Source: Callorhinchus milii (taxonomy: Eukaryota). From it: a DNA stretch of 64,000 nt. Numbering within the stretch: the first letter of the stretch is position 1; each line of letters begins with the position of its first letter. Location: NCBI RefSeq assembly GCF_018977255.1, contig NW_024705126.1:1-64000 (forward strand), given 5' to 3'. Position numbers and translations under genes: made by a program. This document shows, in pieces, positions 1-10,367 of this stretch. The notes under the pieces are model-generated. The model saw only the letters and a list, made by a program, of their open reading frames with translations, searched no databases and was not told the origin of the DNA.

Positions 1-350
1 ATCCATGTCTAGCTACGTTGCTTTTCAGAAATTATTTATTTTTCCGTGAGCACTCCAAACCTTTGCTTGCTCTTGTCCCCCACTTTATTTAATCGTTTTG
101 ATTCCAATTTGTCTTCATTACGTGAACAAGGCTAATATACCGTGTTGTCTTTTAACTCTAGAGGGCATTTGGCCTACTCTTCCAAACTAACCAAGCAGGA
201 GTATCCACACTTTACCCCAACATATACGCAACCTGAAAGTATTGTAAAAAACCATAGCATTTATTTTAAACATCCCTGCCATCTGCGCTTTCTAATATAA
301 ATATTTTATGTGAATATAATTCTATCACCAGTTGTCGTTCGGCGTCGGCA

Positions 351-1333
351 ATGGAGAACGGCAGCTCGGCATTCTACCTCTCCACGTTCGAAGCCTCCTA
401 CTCGATGCAAATGGTCATCTTTGGCCTCTGCCTGCTGCTCTATGTGATCACAGTTGTAGCCAACCTGCTGGTCTTCGTGGCGGTGCTCATGTGCCCGGAG
501 CTGCACAAGCCCATGTACTTTTTCCTGGGAAACATGGCGTTGGTCGACATCATCGGCTGCACGAGCTCCGTGCCCAAGCAGCTGCAAATCCTGCTGACGG
601 GCGACACCAAAATCCTGTACGAGTCTTGCCTCGTGCAGATGTTTTGCGTTCACGTGTTCGCCAATTTCGAGTCGCTGACGCTATCGCTCATGGCTTTTGA
701 CCGTTACGTGGCCATCTGTCACCCGCTGCGCTATCACACCATCGTCACAGCCAAGAAGACGCTCGGAGTCTTGGTGCTGATTTGGGTGATTGCCTCGCCG
801 GCCTGCATGGCACTCGCGCTGCTCGTCACGCCGCTAAACTTCAGCGATGACAATCGGAAAATCCAGGGATATTTTGTGATCACATGGGCGTCATTGCATT
901 GGCTGAATCAGACATCAAGGTTAGCAATGCATATGGGACGGCGCTAACGGTGTTGTTGTTTTTCTTACCGCTTATTTTTATTAGCTACAGCTACTTCAAG
1001 ATTTTCATTGAGTGTCGAATTAAACGATCAGCTGAGATTACCAAGCATGGTTTGAACACTTTGCTGACACACTTCTTGGCGCTCTTGATATTTTTCATCT
1101 CTACCTTGGGTTCCACATTAATTGCTCGATACATTCAAGATCTCAAAACTCCCATAGTCCGAAACGTAAGGTGCTTTTTCCAGTTCGGCATCCTTGCTAT
1201 ACCCATGGCAAATGCATTGATATATTTTTTTCGCACTAAAGAGCTAAGGAAAGGAATAATGACGTCCTGTAAACATACATTCCTTATAAGAAGACTATTC
1301 CCAAGGTTTTTGAAAGTTTCGTCCATAAGTTAA
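351..1333 (+). pseudogene. Olfactory receptor (class A GPCR) copy OR1 with one 1-bp frameshift; possibly intact if the indel is an assembly error
   Basis: ORFs 351-947 and 884-1333 join into a 7-TM protein with OR motifs LHKPMYFFL, MAFDRYVAICHPLRY, SY, LLTHF and NALIYFFRTKELR. The frameshift is at GGG 866-868, where the paralog has GGGG (20042-20045). Splice acceptor caccag ends at 331. Confidence 0.88.
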
Positions 1334-1657
1334 ACCCAATTTTAAGAGTCCAGCCATAAGCTCAATAACAATCTTAATTATGGAGCTTTCGTGACTGCAG
1401 GAATTTCACACTTAAACTGATATTATTGTAACTAGAGTCTAAGCTTTAGTGACTGCAAGAATTACTTTTGGTTTCTTTCGGTAAAGTCACGTAGAAAATA
1501 AAATCAAATAATAATAAAATACGACGTTTCGGTTGCAATACAAGCAACCATCATCGGGTAAGAATCTATATATATAAAATCGTGAATCTGTCTGTCTGTC
1601 TGTGTGTCTGTGTGTCGCCGGACCATACGCACTTTCATTGGACGAAATGTCAGGGAT

Positions 1658-1763
1658 TTGCGACACACGATTGGTCCGGCGGTTGCCCCTGCATTGCGAC
1701 ACACGATTGGTCCGGCGGTTTCCCCTGCATTGCGACACACGATTGGTCCGGCGGTTGCCCCTG
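1658..1763. repeat. 36-bp tandem repeat x3 inside the Helitron
   Basis: Unit ttgcgacacacgattggtccggcggttgcccctgca; it appears as RGNRRTNRVSQC repeats in the ORF track. Confidence 0.9.
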
Positions 1764-2189
1764 GCAACGGCTAGCGACGCATTCGCCATTTTTAATTCCC
1801 GTTAAAAATAGGCGCACGCATTAACACGCGACTCTGACGTTAATTCATCACAGTTTCACGTCCTCTTCAGTCCCCTCCCACCCCAATGTGTTCTATTACT
1901 GTTATAGGCTCCGTAGATAATTAAATAATAGCGATTAGACACTATTATTGTAGCGCGGGGGGGGGGGGAACGCCACCCGTACCCTGCCTCTGCCGGGTGG
2001 GAAATTTAGGCGAGGCCGGAGGCTCTGCACGCTACTAGGCCTCGACACCCACCACGCGAGTCTGAGGTAAATTCATCAAAGTTTCACGTACTCTTCACTC
2101 CCCCCCCAACACAATGTGTGCAATTTGTATTACTTTCAAACCCTACGCGCCAATAATCTATTCTTTAAATGGTGACTGTACAAATACTC

Positions 2190-2495
2190 ATTAAGCTGGG
2201 TGAGCGTACTGACAGTCTATAATGTATACTGTAGCCTGCTTATTAAATTGCCTGAGTCTACTGGCAGTCTATTATGTAGACTGTAGCCTGCTTATTAAGC
2301 TGAGTGGGTGTACTGGCAGTCTATAATGTAGACTGTAGCCTGGTTATTATAATCGATTCTTTAAATGTTCTTTGTACAAATAGTCATTAAGCTGGTTTAG
2401 CGTACTGCCCGTCTATTATGTAGACTGCAGCCTGCTTATTCAGCTGGGTGGGTGTACTGGCAGTCTATCATGTACACTGTAGCCTGCTTATTAAG
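2190..2495. repeat. ~50-bp minisatellite inside the Helitron
   Basis: About five copies of tactggcagtctattatgtagactgtagcctgcttattaag. Confidence 0.8.
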
Positions 2496-2619
2496 TAAAG
2501 TTTGTCAATTTGTAACACGTGGCCTTTCGCGACCATTAATCATAAACAACGTTATTGCCTTTCGATCGCCTTATTTATTAATGTGTTGTAACCCTCCACC
2601 ACCCAACACGGCCATTCAG

Positions 2620-2800
2620 CATTGTAGTGTCGTGGTTAGCGCGCCACGCTACGAACCCGGCGACCCGAGTTCCATTCCCACTCACGGCCACCACCGGTCA
2701 CGATTATTTGAACCGGTCCTGGGCCTCCCCTAGGTCGACTCAGCCTCAAAACGAGTAACTGCTGTGGCGTATGAACATCGCCACTGGGGAGACAAAGGCG
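2620..2800 (+). mobile_element. tRNA-derived SINE head carried in the Helitron
   Basis: A-box-like gtggttagc and B-box-like gagttccattcc; homologous to 5771-6035. Confidence 0.7.
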
Positions 2801-3129
2801 GCCTAGCGTCGTGGATCCAAGACCCGGGCGAAGCCGGGTAGTACATCTAGTGAATGATAAAACACAGACACGGAAACAACACAGCCAAACAACATGCAGA
2901 GAGAGACATACACAAACACAGCAACAACATAGGTAGACACACATGCTACGGGGAGGGTCTACTCACAACTCACACTTTACTTCTAATTTAGCAATCTTTG
3001 GGAGAACGTTAATCAACAAGGCTATGCGTTAACTGTGCGTTAATCCAAGCCTCTGTGTTGCATTGCATTACACTTCTTAATTTTACTAAAATTGTTTTAT
3101 CAAACTTTCGATTTTCTTGCTCTAAACCA

Positions 3130-3435
3130 TTGTCTCTCCTCCGGCCACTGTGGTCTGGCATTCCACACTGCTCCACTCGTTTGTCCGCCTCCGCAGTCCT
3201 CTCTCTGCCGCGGCCCGTCCCCCCGTCTCTCTATTTACGGCCTCGGCACAGAGTCGTTGTCCTTCTGTTTGTCTTGGTGTGTCTTTGTGTGTGTCTCTCT
3301 CTGCCTTTGTTGTTTCCGTGTCTGTGTTTTATCATTAATTCTTACCTGATGACGGTTGCTTGTGTTGCAACAAAAACGTCGTATTCTATTATTATTTGAT
3401 TTTCTACGTGACTTTACCGAAAGAACCAAAGATTA
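3130..3435 (+). mobile_element. Short PLE-derived element, inverted partner of 1466-2945, with a hammerhead motif whose GAAA is mutated
   Basis: CTGATGA at 3346-3352, stem ggttgc/gcaac, AAAA in place of GAAA, then cgtcgta and the shared tail ctacgtgactttaccgaaagaacc. Confidence 0.65.
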
Positions 3436-5770
3436 TACTTGTAATTTTCATTGGAAAAATACAATTCATATTTGTCGGATAATTATTAAGTTTTCATCGT
3501 ATATCGTAAAGCTTTTTTAGATATATTACTGTATTTGTAGATTGCAAATAAATTCGTAAAAAATATTTGCTGACACAGATCTTTATAAAACTGAACAATG
3601 AATATTAGGCTGTTTTAACATTCTATGCAGCTATAGTTTAGCTGTGTAGACGAGTGGTGAGAACACCACCTAGACTTTGGCGTGTTTTTACTGCTACAGG
3701 GAATCGAGAGTTACTCGTACTACAAATATGGATGAATTGCGAATTTCTATGTTGAGAAAATGTGATGTACTTGTCGCAGACATTATAGACGTTGATCAGT
3801 ATGGTCACATTAGGGTTTACCATCTTTTGCATGCTCATCTGGACACAATGTTGGGTAATTATTTTAGGCCGAGGTAACCTAGAAGCAGCACCATACACCT
3901 ATATCAGCTTAAATTGATCATTTCGGTGTTAAAGAATCTCCCCATTTTAAACGTCTGATGTCGCTTACGTATGCTTGCATGTATTGGTAGAATAACGATT
4001 GAACAATTATTTAAAAGTGCCTTTGAAATGAATCGATCTCACTGTTGTTGAATGTTTAAAAATTAAATAAATATGCTCATGGACAAGCATTGGAAATACA
4101 TTTTCTTCAGCCGGTTAAACGTGTGTTGGACATTAGAAATAAAGATACGAGGCGCTGTAGATCGATGGCAATTGCAACGTATTTTGAAATACAATAAATG
4201 TAAACAAACCTGTATTTCACACTTAGCAGGCCTGCATCAGGCAGCCGTTAGTCATGTGGCTGTTGTGCAGAACCAGGTTACTCAAGAGCACCCCCCAAAA
4301 AATATGCAGTCAACATGGAAAGAGGTAATGGGATGAGGTCATTGAAAGCCCAAAGTGGAGGTGGGTGAAATTTTTTTCTGCTTGACATGAGGTATGTATT
4401 TTGAACTTCATTCGCACGATATGTAGCCAACCGTGCTACTCGGATGTTCGGGAAATGATGCCGGAGCGAGAAAGCAGATGCAGCTTTGCTTCTTGCAACC
4501 CAAACTGGCAGCATTTCGTGGGCATCTTGTTCAGCAGGGGCTGAATAAGCACGAGTTCAATAACTTTTTCACGGTTCATTGTGCGCATGGGAAATATCTA
4601 ACAAACTGGACTGAGCTGATGACGCTCATGCTAGTATCAGGTAAATCTCCTAGCGAAGTCAAACAAAATCTCCAACGATTTTTATTTAATTCAACATCAA
4701 TTATTATCAACACTAAAATTGCTCCTAAATGCTGAAAAAGTGAAAATCATGGTATTTTCCTTAAACAAAATCCAGTTTCATTATCTTCACCTATTACTGA
4801 TATCATAAACAACATAATTGAGTGCTTCATATACTTGGGTTGACTAATTTATTCAAAACCGACATTCGGACCCCATATTTGTCATCTTAAAAATAATAAA
4901 ATGAAATATATGTTGATCTTTCTCTTTTTTTCTCCTTATATATAAAAGTCTCCACGCGCGCTTGCGAGGGATTTGGCTCTCGGATGGTGGGGTTTAAGAA
5001 CGAAATAATTTGTCAGCCGCACGCCCTAAGCCCCGTGGTGGGAATAGGCTATTCTGTTTTCACGTCCGTAAACTTTAAAGTCGTTTAATTAACTAATTCG
5101 TGGCATTCTTATTTTAATTATTTACTTATTGCGCAACATTGACCGTAACAACTCAAGACAATTGCCTGGGGGGGGCGGGCGGACCCTGCCAAGTGATGCG
5201 CGTTCGCTCCAGCTCACGGGAGACATTTTATTTTACGCGTTTAACATAAAATAAATATACATATCACGCTGCCGATTTCTCTTCACAGTGTCATGTCCTC
5301 TTCCCCCCACCCCAATGCGTGCAGTTACTGCTATAAAGTCCTTAGATATTGATTTAATAGTATTAAAGCGCTTACATAGTATTATTCTGGCGAGGGCGGC
5401 GGGATGATGGGGGGGGGGGTAACGGCCCAGCCCGCAGCCTGCCAATGTCTCACCTCCTCCGGCTTGCCAATCTAGGCGAGGCCGCGGGCTCTGCACAGGA
5501 CGAGGCTTCACCACGCCAATGTAAAGTACAATTTTATTGCATCTTTCGCTAAGAACTCACGTTTATTGTTTACTATTATTAAACAAATAAGTTTACAAAT
5601 ATTACAATGATAATGTTTGTGTGCACATAACAACTCTGCTTCATTCTTTACTATTTTGAAACTAATAAGTTGCCTAATATTACAATTATAATGTTCGTGT
5701 GCAGAAACTACATGTGTGTGCCTAAAGTTCATGTCTGTGTGTGTGAGTCCATATGTGTTTGTGTGCGTGT

Positions 5771-6035
5771 GGGGAGCGGTAGTGTAGCGGTTAGCGCGCT
5801 GCGCTATGAACCTGCCGACCTGGGTTCGATTCCCGCTCACGGCCAACACCAGTGACGATTATCTGAACCGGTCCTGGTTCTCCCCTAGGTCGACTCGGCC
5901 TCAATTGAGTACCTGGTGCGGTATGTAAACATCGCCACTGGAGAGACAAAGGCGGTCGGGCGTGGTGCTGGCCACCCACCCCCTCATGTGCCGTTCCGGC
6001 CTTCATAGGTGCTCGCTAACAGCTCTTGCCTCTAC
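5771..6035 (+). mobile_element. tRNA-derived SINE
   Basis: A box gtagcggttagc and B box ggttcgattcc; the tRNA-like head continues into a non-tRNA body. Confidence 0.78.
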
Positions 6036-6039
6036 AGTC

Positions 6040-6815
6040 TGTCACATGCTACGTGGGGGATCTTTTGTTTGTGTGCGTGTAAGTCCATGGGTTTCTATGT
6101 GTGTGGGTCCATGTCTGTGTGTAAGTCCATGTGTGTGTCTGTCTTTTTCAAACGGACAACGCCCCGTGTGTGTGTGTACGTACAAGTGTTTGTGTGTCAG
6201 TCCATTTGTGTGCGTATCAGTCGCTGTGTGTGTGTTAGTCCACATATGTGTGTAAGTCCATATGTGTGTTTCACTCGATTTGTGTGTGTGTGTAAGTGAA
6301 TGTGTGTGTGTGAGTCGATGTGTGTGCATATGCTCCATCTGAATGTGTAAGTCAATGTGTCTATGTGTGTCAGTCGATTTGTGTGTTAATCCATGTGTGT
6401 CTATCAAAATTACTTGTCTGTGTGTCACAGTCCATATGTCTATGTGTGTGTAGTGCAATGTGTGTGTCAGTTTATGTATGTGTGTAAAAGTCTATGTGTA
6501 TGTGTCTTAGTCGATATGTGTGTGTAAGTACATGTGTGTTTACGTCAATGTGTGTGTGTGAGTTGCTGTATGTGTGTACGTTGATATATGTGTGTGTAAC
6601 TCCATGTGTGTGTATCTAAAGTGCATGGTGCATGTCTATGCATGTGTGCGTCCATATGTGTGTGTAAGTCCATGTGTTTGTGTGTGTGAGTCCATATGTC
6701 TGTGTGTGTCAGTCCATGGGTGTGTGTGTTAGTCGCTTTGTGTGCGTGGCTCCATGTCAGTCAGTGTAAGTCCATTTCTTTGCGTGTCTGTAGGTCCATG
6801 TGTGCGTGTGAGTGA
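6040..6815. repeat. Degenerate (TG)n-rich minisatellite
   Basis: Many gtgtgtgt-aagtccat variants; an expanded version is at about 24190-25145. Confidence 0.9.
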
Positions 6816-6825
6816 ATGTACGCGC

Positions 6826-7555
6826 TTTATTGACCTGCTCAAGGCCTATGATACCATCAGCAGGCCTGGCCTCTGGGTTGTTGTTCTTCATGCTTTTGGA
6901 GTCCCTCAAACTTTGCTCACGATCCTTAAGGACCGTCATGATGGTGAGCGGCCCCGCGTCAAACTACGTGGCCGCCAGTCAGAGCCATTCCCTCTACATC
7001 TTGGGGTGTGACAGGGATGTCCTCTGCCTCCACATTATTTTACATATCTTTTGACCACGTATATCGTGAAGCCTTCAATGGCTGTACCTGACGAATTACT
7101 ATATGGTACAGATACAATGGGAGGCTGATCGATGCCCGGGTGCGGTCAAGGGATGGCTCCCTATTGCTCAACCATGTTATGTATGCCGATGCTCTGGTGA
7201 TTGCTGCTCACTCAGTGGAGGAGTTGGAGGCACTGCTGCTGAACCTGGAGCTTGCCACTAAGAGGGTGGGGTCTTACCATAAGCCCCACCAAAACTAAGT
7301 ACCTGCCTGGGTATTTTGTACATCGAACAATCCACCCCCACAACTTACAATTGGTGATGTGGCAGTTGTGGAGAGATTGCCGAGATTCCCGTACCTGGCA
7401 GTGTGCTCATGACCGGCTCCGGTTTAACAGCAGAGGTCTCACTCCAAATTAGTCGATCGCCATTATCTTTTCATTGGCTGCGTTATACTGTGTGGAAGCT
7501 ACCTGGTTTCTCGCTCCGCATGAAGCTCCAGGTCTTCTCGGCCACAGTAATTCTA
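6826..7555 (+). mobile_element. Degraded RTE-clade LINE reverse transcriptase fragment
   Basis: Motifs FIDLLKAYDTISRPGLW, GV*QGCPL, YADAL and FPYLGS across shifted frames. Confidence 0.8.
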
Positions 7556-8097
7556 GCGATCCATCCTGGGTTTAACCATATATATGTGTGTGCGTCTAAG
7601 TCGATGTGTTTCTATGTGTGTGGGTCCATGTCTGTGTGTAAATCCATGTGTGTGTCTGTCTTTTTCACCCGAGCAACGCCGGGTACTTACCGCTAGTACT
7701 TAGATAATGCATTCATCCCACTGTCACATTAAAGAAACCTAATGCGTCCATCTAATTGCCTTTTAACTATCCCAAGACCAAGAATTGCTGTTGCAGCACC
7801 AACGTTTTGGAACAACCTTGTTTTCTCACTTAACATAAAAAAGCTTCCTTTAAACATATATTTTGAAGCAGAAGATTAGTACTAGATTTTGTCATTTGTA
7901 AATTTAATCCTTAACATCACAGACAGTTATAACCTAAACTGGTTAATGACATCCTTCCAATGATTGCTCAGTTTTTACCCATCTTCTCGGTTGAAATTGT
8001 CTGTGTTTATATATCTAGATGGCTTCATGAATGAATCTTTGTTGATAGCCAGTGGGTTTGCAGAGTACCTTCGTCTTGGCAAAATCAATTTCGTGTG

Positions 8098-8493
8098 TGC
8101 CCACAAAAAGATTTCCAAAATCATGAGCAAACACAAGATCCAGGTACGATTCAACACAGTACATAACATTCGTGATTTGGTTGACATGATATCACGTGAC
8201 CGGACGATACTGGAAGGGGGCCACTGTTGGACGGGGGCCGTGGGGCGGTCACGTGGTTCCGAGGGGCTCTTGGGAACCTTCGAGAAGGAGCTCGAGAGGC
8301 CTGGAAGGTTGGCGGGTCTAAGGGCGGAGCCAGCCCCAGCCCGGGAGCATATAATGAGGGCTCCGTCAGGAGCTCGAGGTCGCAGGCTTGCGTTGTGGCC
8401 GAAACGTTGTGAGAATTGTATTTTATTATGTTTTATTTTTATCATTTTATTATTCCCCTTCTACGTGACTTTACTGAAAGAACCAAGAAGAAC
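8098..8493 (+). mobile_element. Internally deleted Penelope-like element fragment
   Basis: KKISKIMSKHKIQVRFNTVHNIRDL matches the ORF at 34672. It ends with the 3' half of the hammerhead (gttgtggccGAAAcgtt) and the shared tail. Confidence 0.7.
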
Positions 8494-8499
8494 TAGAAT

Positions 8500-9433
8500 G
8501 CTCTTCGCTATGTCCAACACCACCATCCAGAGTCCGGCTTTCTAAACGTGAAAAACTTTGTCAACCACAACGACTATATCATGTTCAAAAACTAATTTTC
8601 AATAGAATATGATTATGCTCCATCAATTTTTGGAAATCTGGATGACAAACGGAACATTCTTGAGATTGGCTTCAAGTTGCTGAATGGTTTTCAGTAGCTG
8701 CTCAATCATCATTGTGCTATAATTTTGATAGCAATCTGCAAATGCTATGTAATGTTCCAGAATGGTGACACATTTCATTTTGTGATTGCCATTCTTGTGG
8801 AGTAAAGGGAGCACCATCAGTGAACGAACCTGCTTTGTCTTCAAGTGTGATACCATCAATTAACTATTATAGTTTTGCAAGGGAGCAGTTGGTGGAAGCA
8901 AGAATGCAGTGTACACTTTGGATTTCATTGAGGTCCAGCCCAAAAATTACATAATTCGAACCCCAATAGTTTACAGTAGACGTAATGAACAGACGAGCGC
9001 TGCCAGAACAGGATCAGCTGTTGATACTTTGCCTGTTAGGACTTCAGTTTTGTTGCCAATCAATGGCCATGAGCCAAAAGAAGATGCAGTGCTACAAGAA
9101 GTTCCTCAAAGTGACGCAACCTTAACGAGATCAAGCACAGCACTACGGATAACATTGTCAATGAGGCACATGAGTTGAAGGCCGAAGAGTTGTCCTGGTT
9201 CTATCGCTCTACAAATGGCCAAAATGGATTGAATGAAAATCGTCTGGTAAATATCATGCCACTGAACTATTTCCAAAATCGAATACTTGGCAGGAACCAT
9301 CGGTTTCAGCAAAACAATTACGTCTGCTATGCTCTCTCCATGTATGAGTTCTACAGGGTCAAGTCAAATATTTCGGTATGCACCAGAAGGATTAATCAAT
9401 ACTGCAATATGCGAGAGGATGTTCTTTTACATG
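8500..9433 (+). mobile_element. Degraded Helitron RepHel N-terminal fragment
   Basis: EELSWFY...GQNGLNENRLVNI.PLNYFQNRILG.NHRFQ.NNY..YALSMYEFYRVKSNISVC resembles the region preceding the Rep domain in Helitron RepHel proteins. A PIF1 remnant lies beyond the Gypsy insertion in copy B. Confidence 0.6.
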
Positions 9434-10367
9434 TGTTGAGGTGTGAAGAACGACGCGAAGGCAAGTTGTGTAGGGGCTAACGCCAACTGATTATTATGGG
9501 CTTACGCCTAACTGTTTATTATGGGGTTACGCCTATCTTGGGGAAAGGGTTAACACAACTGTGGGTTAAGCTAATCTCCCCAGGGGAAAGGGTACTGGGA
9601 ATTCCCTATGCCTACCCGGCTTTCAGGCTCTTCCCTCAGCACTGACCGAGGGTTCAGCCAACTCGGCCAGCCGGGTAAAGTAGCCCCCTAGCCTGGCGCT
9701 ATTTCTCCCTTACCCTGGGTCCCTACTCCCCCACCCCTCACGATCATGGCTCCCGGTGAAGACCCCTAACATGTCACGCATTTGCTTCCTCATCACCCTA
9801 CCGGCAGGTCTGGCTGACGTCACTTCCTTTCATGGCGAGTGTGACATGACGTCACCACTCTACTCCTCAACATCACCCCCCGCCCCCCCCCGGGAAAAAA
9901 ACCCAGCCAACCCGGCTGCAACTACTCCGTGACCGGCCCCCCCCCTTCCCCCTGGCGGGAAGTCACGATGACAACGAACGCAAGTAACCCCTGAGCGTAG
10001 AAGCTTGACCGACCGCTAGAACAAACACAAATACAACATTAAGGTAGGCCGGTACAAGACAATGTCTGGCCATAGACACCACCCAGCCCTGCAAGCGGTG
10101 GTGACGGTGGGATGGAAGAGGCTGGCTCCACTGTCCGTCAGCGTACGCGCCCGCCCCGCGAGCGCGTGCCCGCCGCCGGGCCGCTTCCACGTGTGGCGTC
10201 AGCCGCTGGAGCCGGCGATGCACTATCCCGCCGGCGTAGGGCCACTGCTCCCTGTGGCGTCTGCCTCCGTAACCGGCGGTGTTCCGGGAGGAGACTGGGC
10301 CTCCACGGGGACCTCCTCTGGCAGGCCCGCAAACGGCGGTATTAACGGCGGTAGCTCTGTAGGTATA
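9434..10367 (-). mobile_element. 3' LTR (9434-9872) and 3' internal remnant of the older Gypsy element
   Basis: The LTR is bounded by the inverted repeat TGTTGAGG...CCTCAACA and followed by the PPT complement tcaccccccgcccccc. Near-identical to 27858-28785. Confidence 0.8.

Larger units (their letters stand above)
1565..2850 (+). mobile_element. Non-autonomous Helitron, specific to copy A
   Basis: Starts with TC and ends with CTAG, has a subterminal hairpin acccgg-gcgaag-ccgggt, and is inserted between A and T without a TSD. The empty site agaa|tgaatg is visible at 20734/20735. Confidence 0.9.
1466..2945 (-). mobile_element. Short Penelope-like (PLE) non-autonomous element with a degenerate hammerhead motif, split by a Helitron
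   Basis: The reverse strand reads tacCCGATGA-tggttgc-ttgtatt-gcaacc-GAAAcgtcgta followed by the tail ctacgtgactttaccgaaagaaacc. The same tail follows the GIY-YIG element at 34560-35690. Confidence 0.65.
4917..7696 (+). mobile_element. Non-autonomous Helitron with captured SINE, TG-rich satellite and RTE fragment
   Basis: Probable 5' end a|TC...tatatataaaag (start approximate); 3' hairpin acccg-agcaacgc-cgggt then CTAG|t. It shares internal segments with Helitron 1565-2850. Confidence 0.72.

Noticed and set aside
1658-1763. 36-bp repeats as a CRISPR array
   Set aside because: The repeats are directly adjacent with no unique spacers, there are no cas genes, and they lie inside a eukaryotic Helitron.
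5771-5850. Functional tRNA gene (also near 2620 and 23920)
   Set aside because: A and B boxes are present, but there is no convincing acceptor stem or poly-T terminator and the sequence continues into a SINE body.
5962-6458. Cys/Val-rich and His/Thr-rich ORFs (also 24064-24773)
   Set aside because: These are translations of the TG-rich satellite.
7964-8545. 193-aa ORF as a host gene
   Set aside because: A chance read-through across a PLE fragment; truncated by a stop in the paralog.
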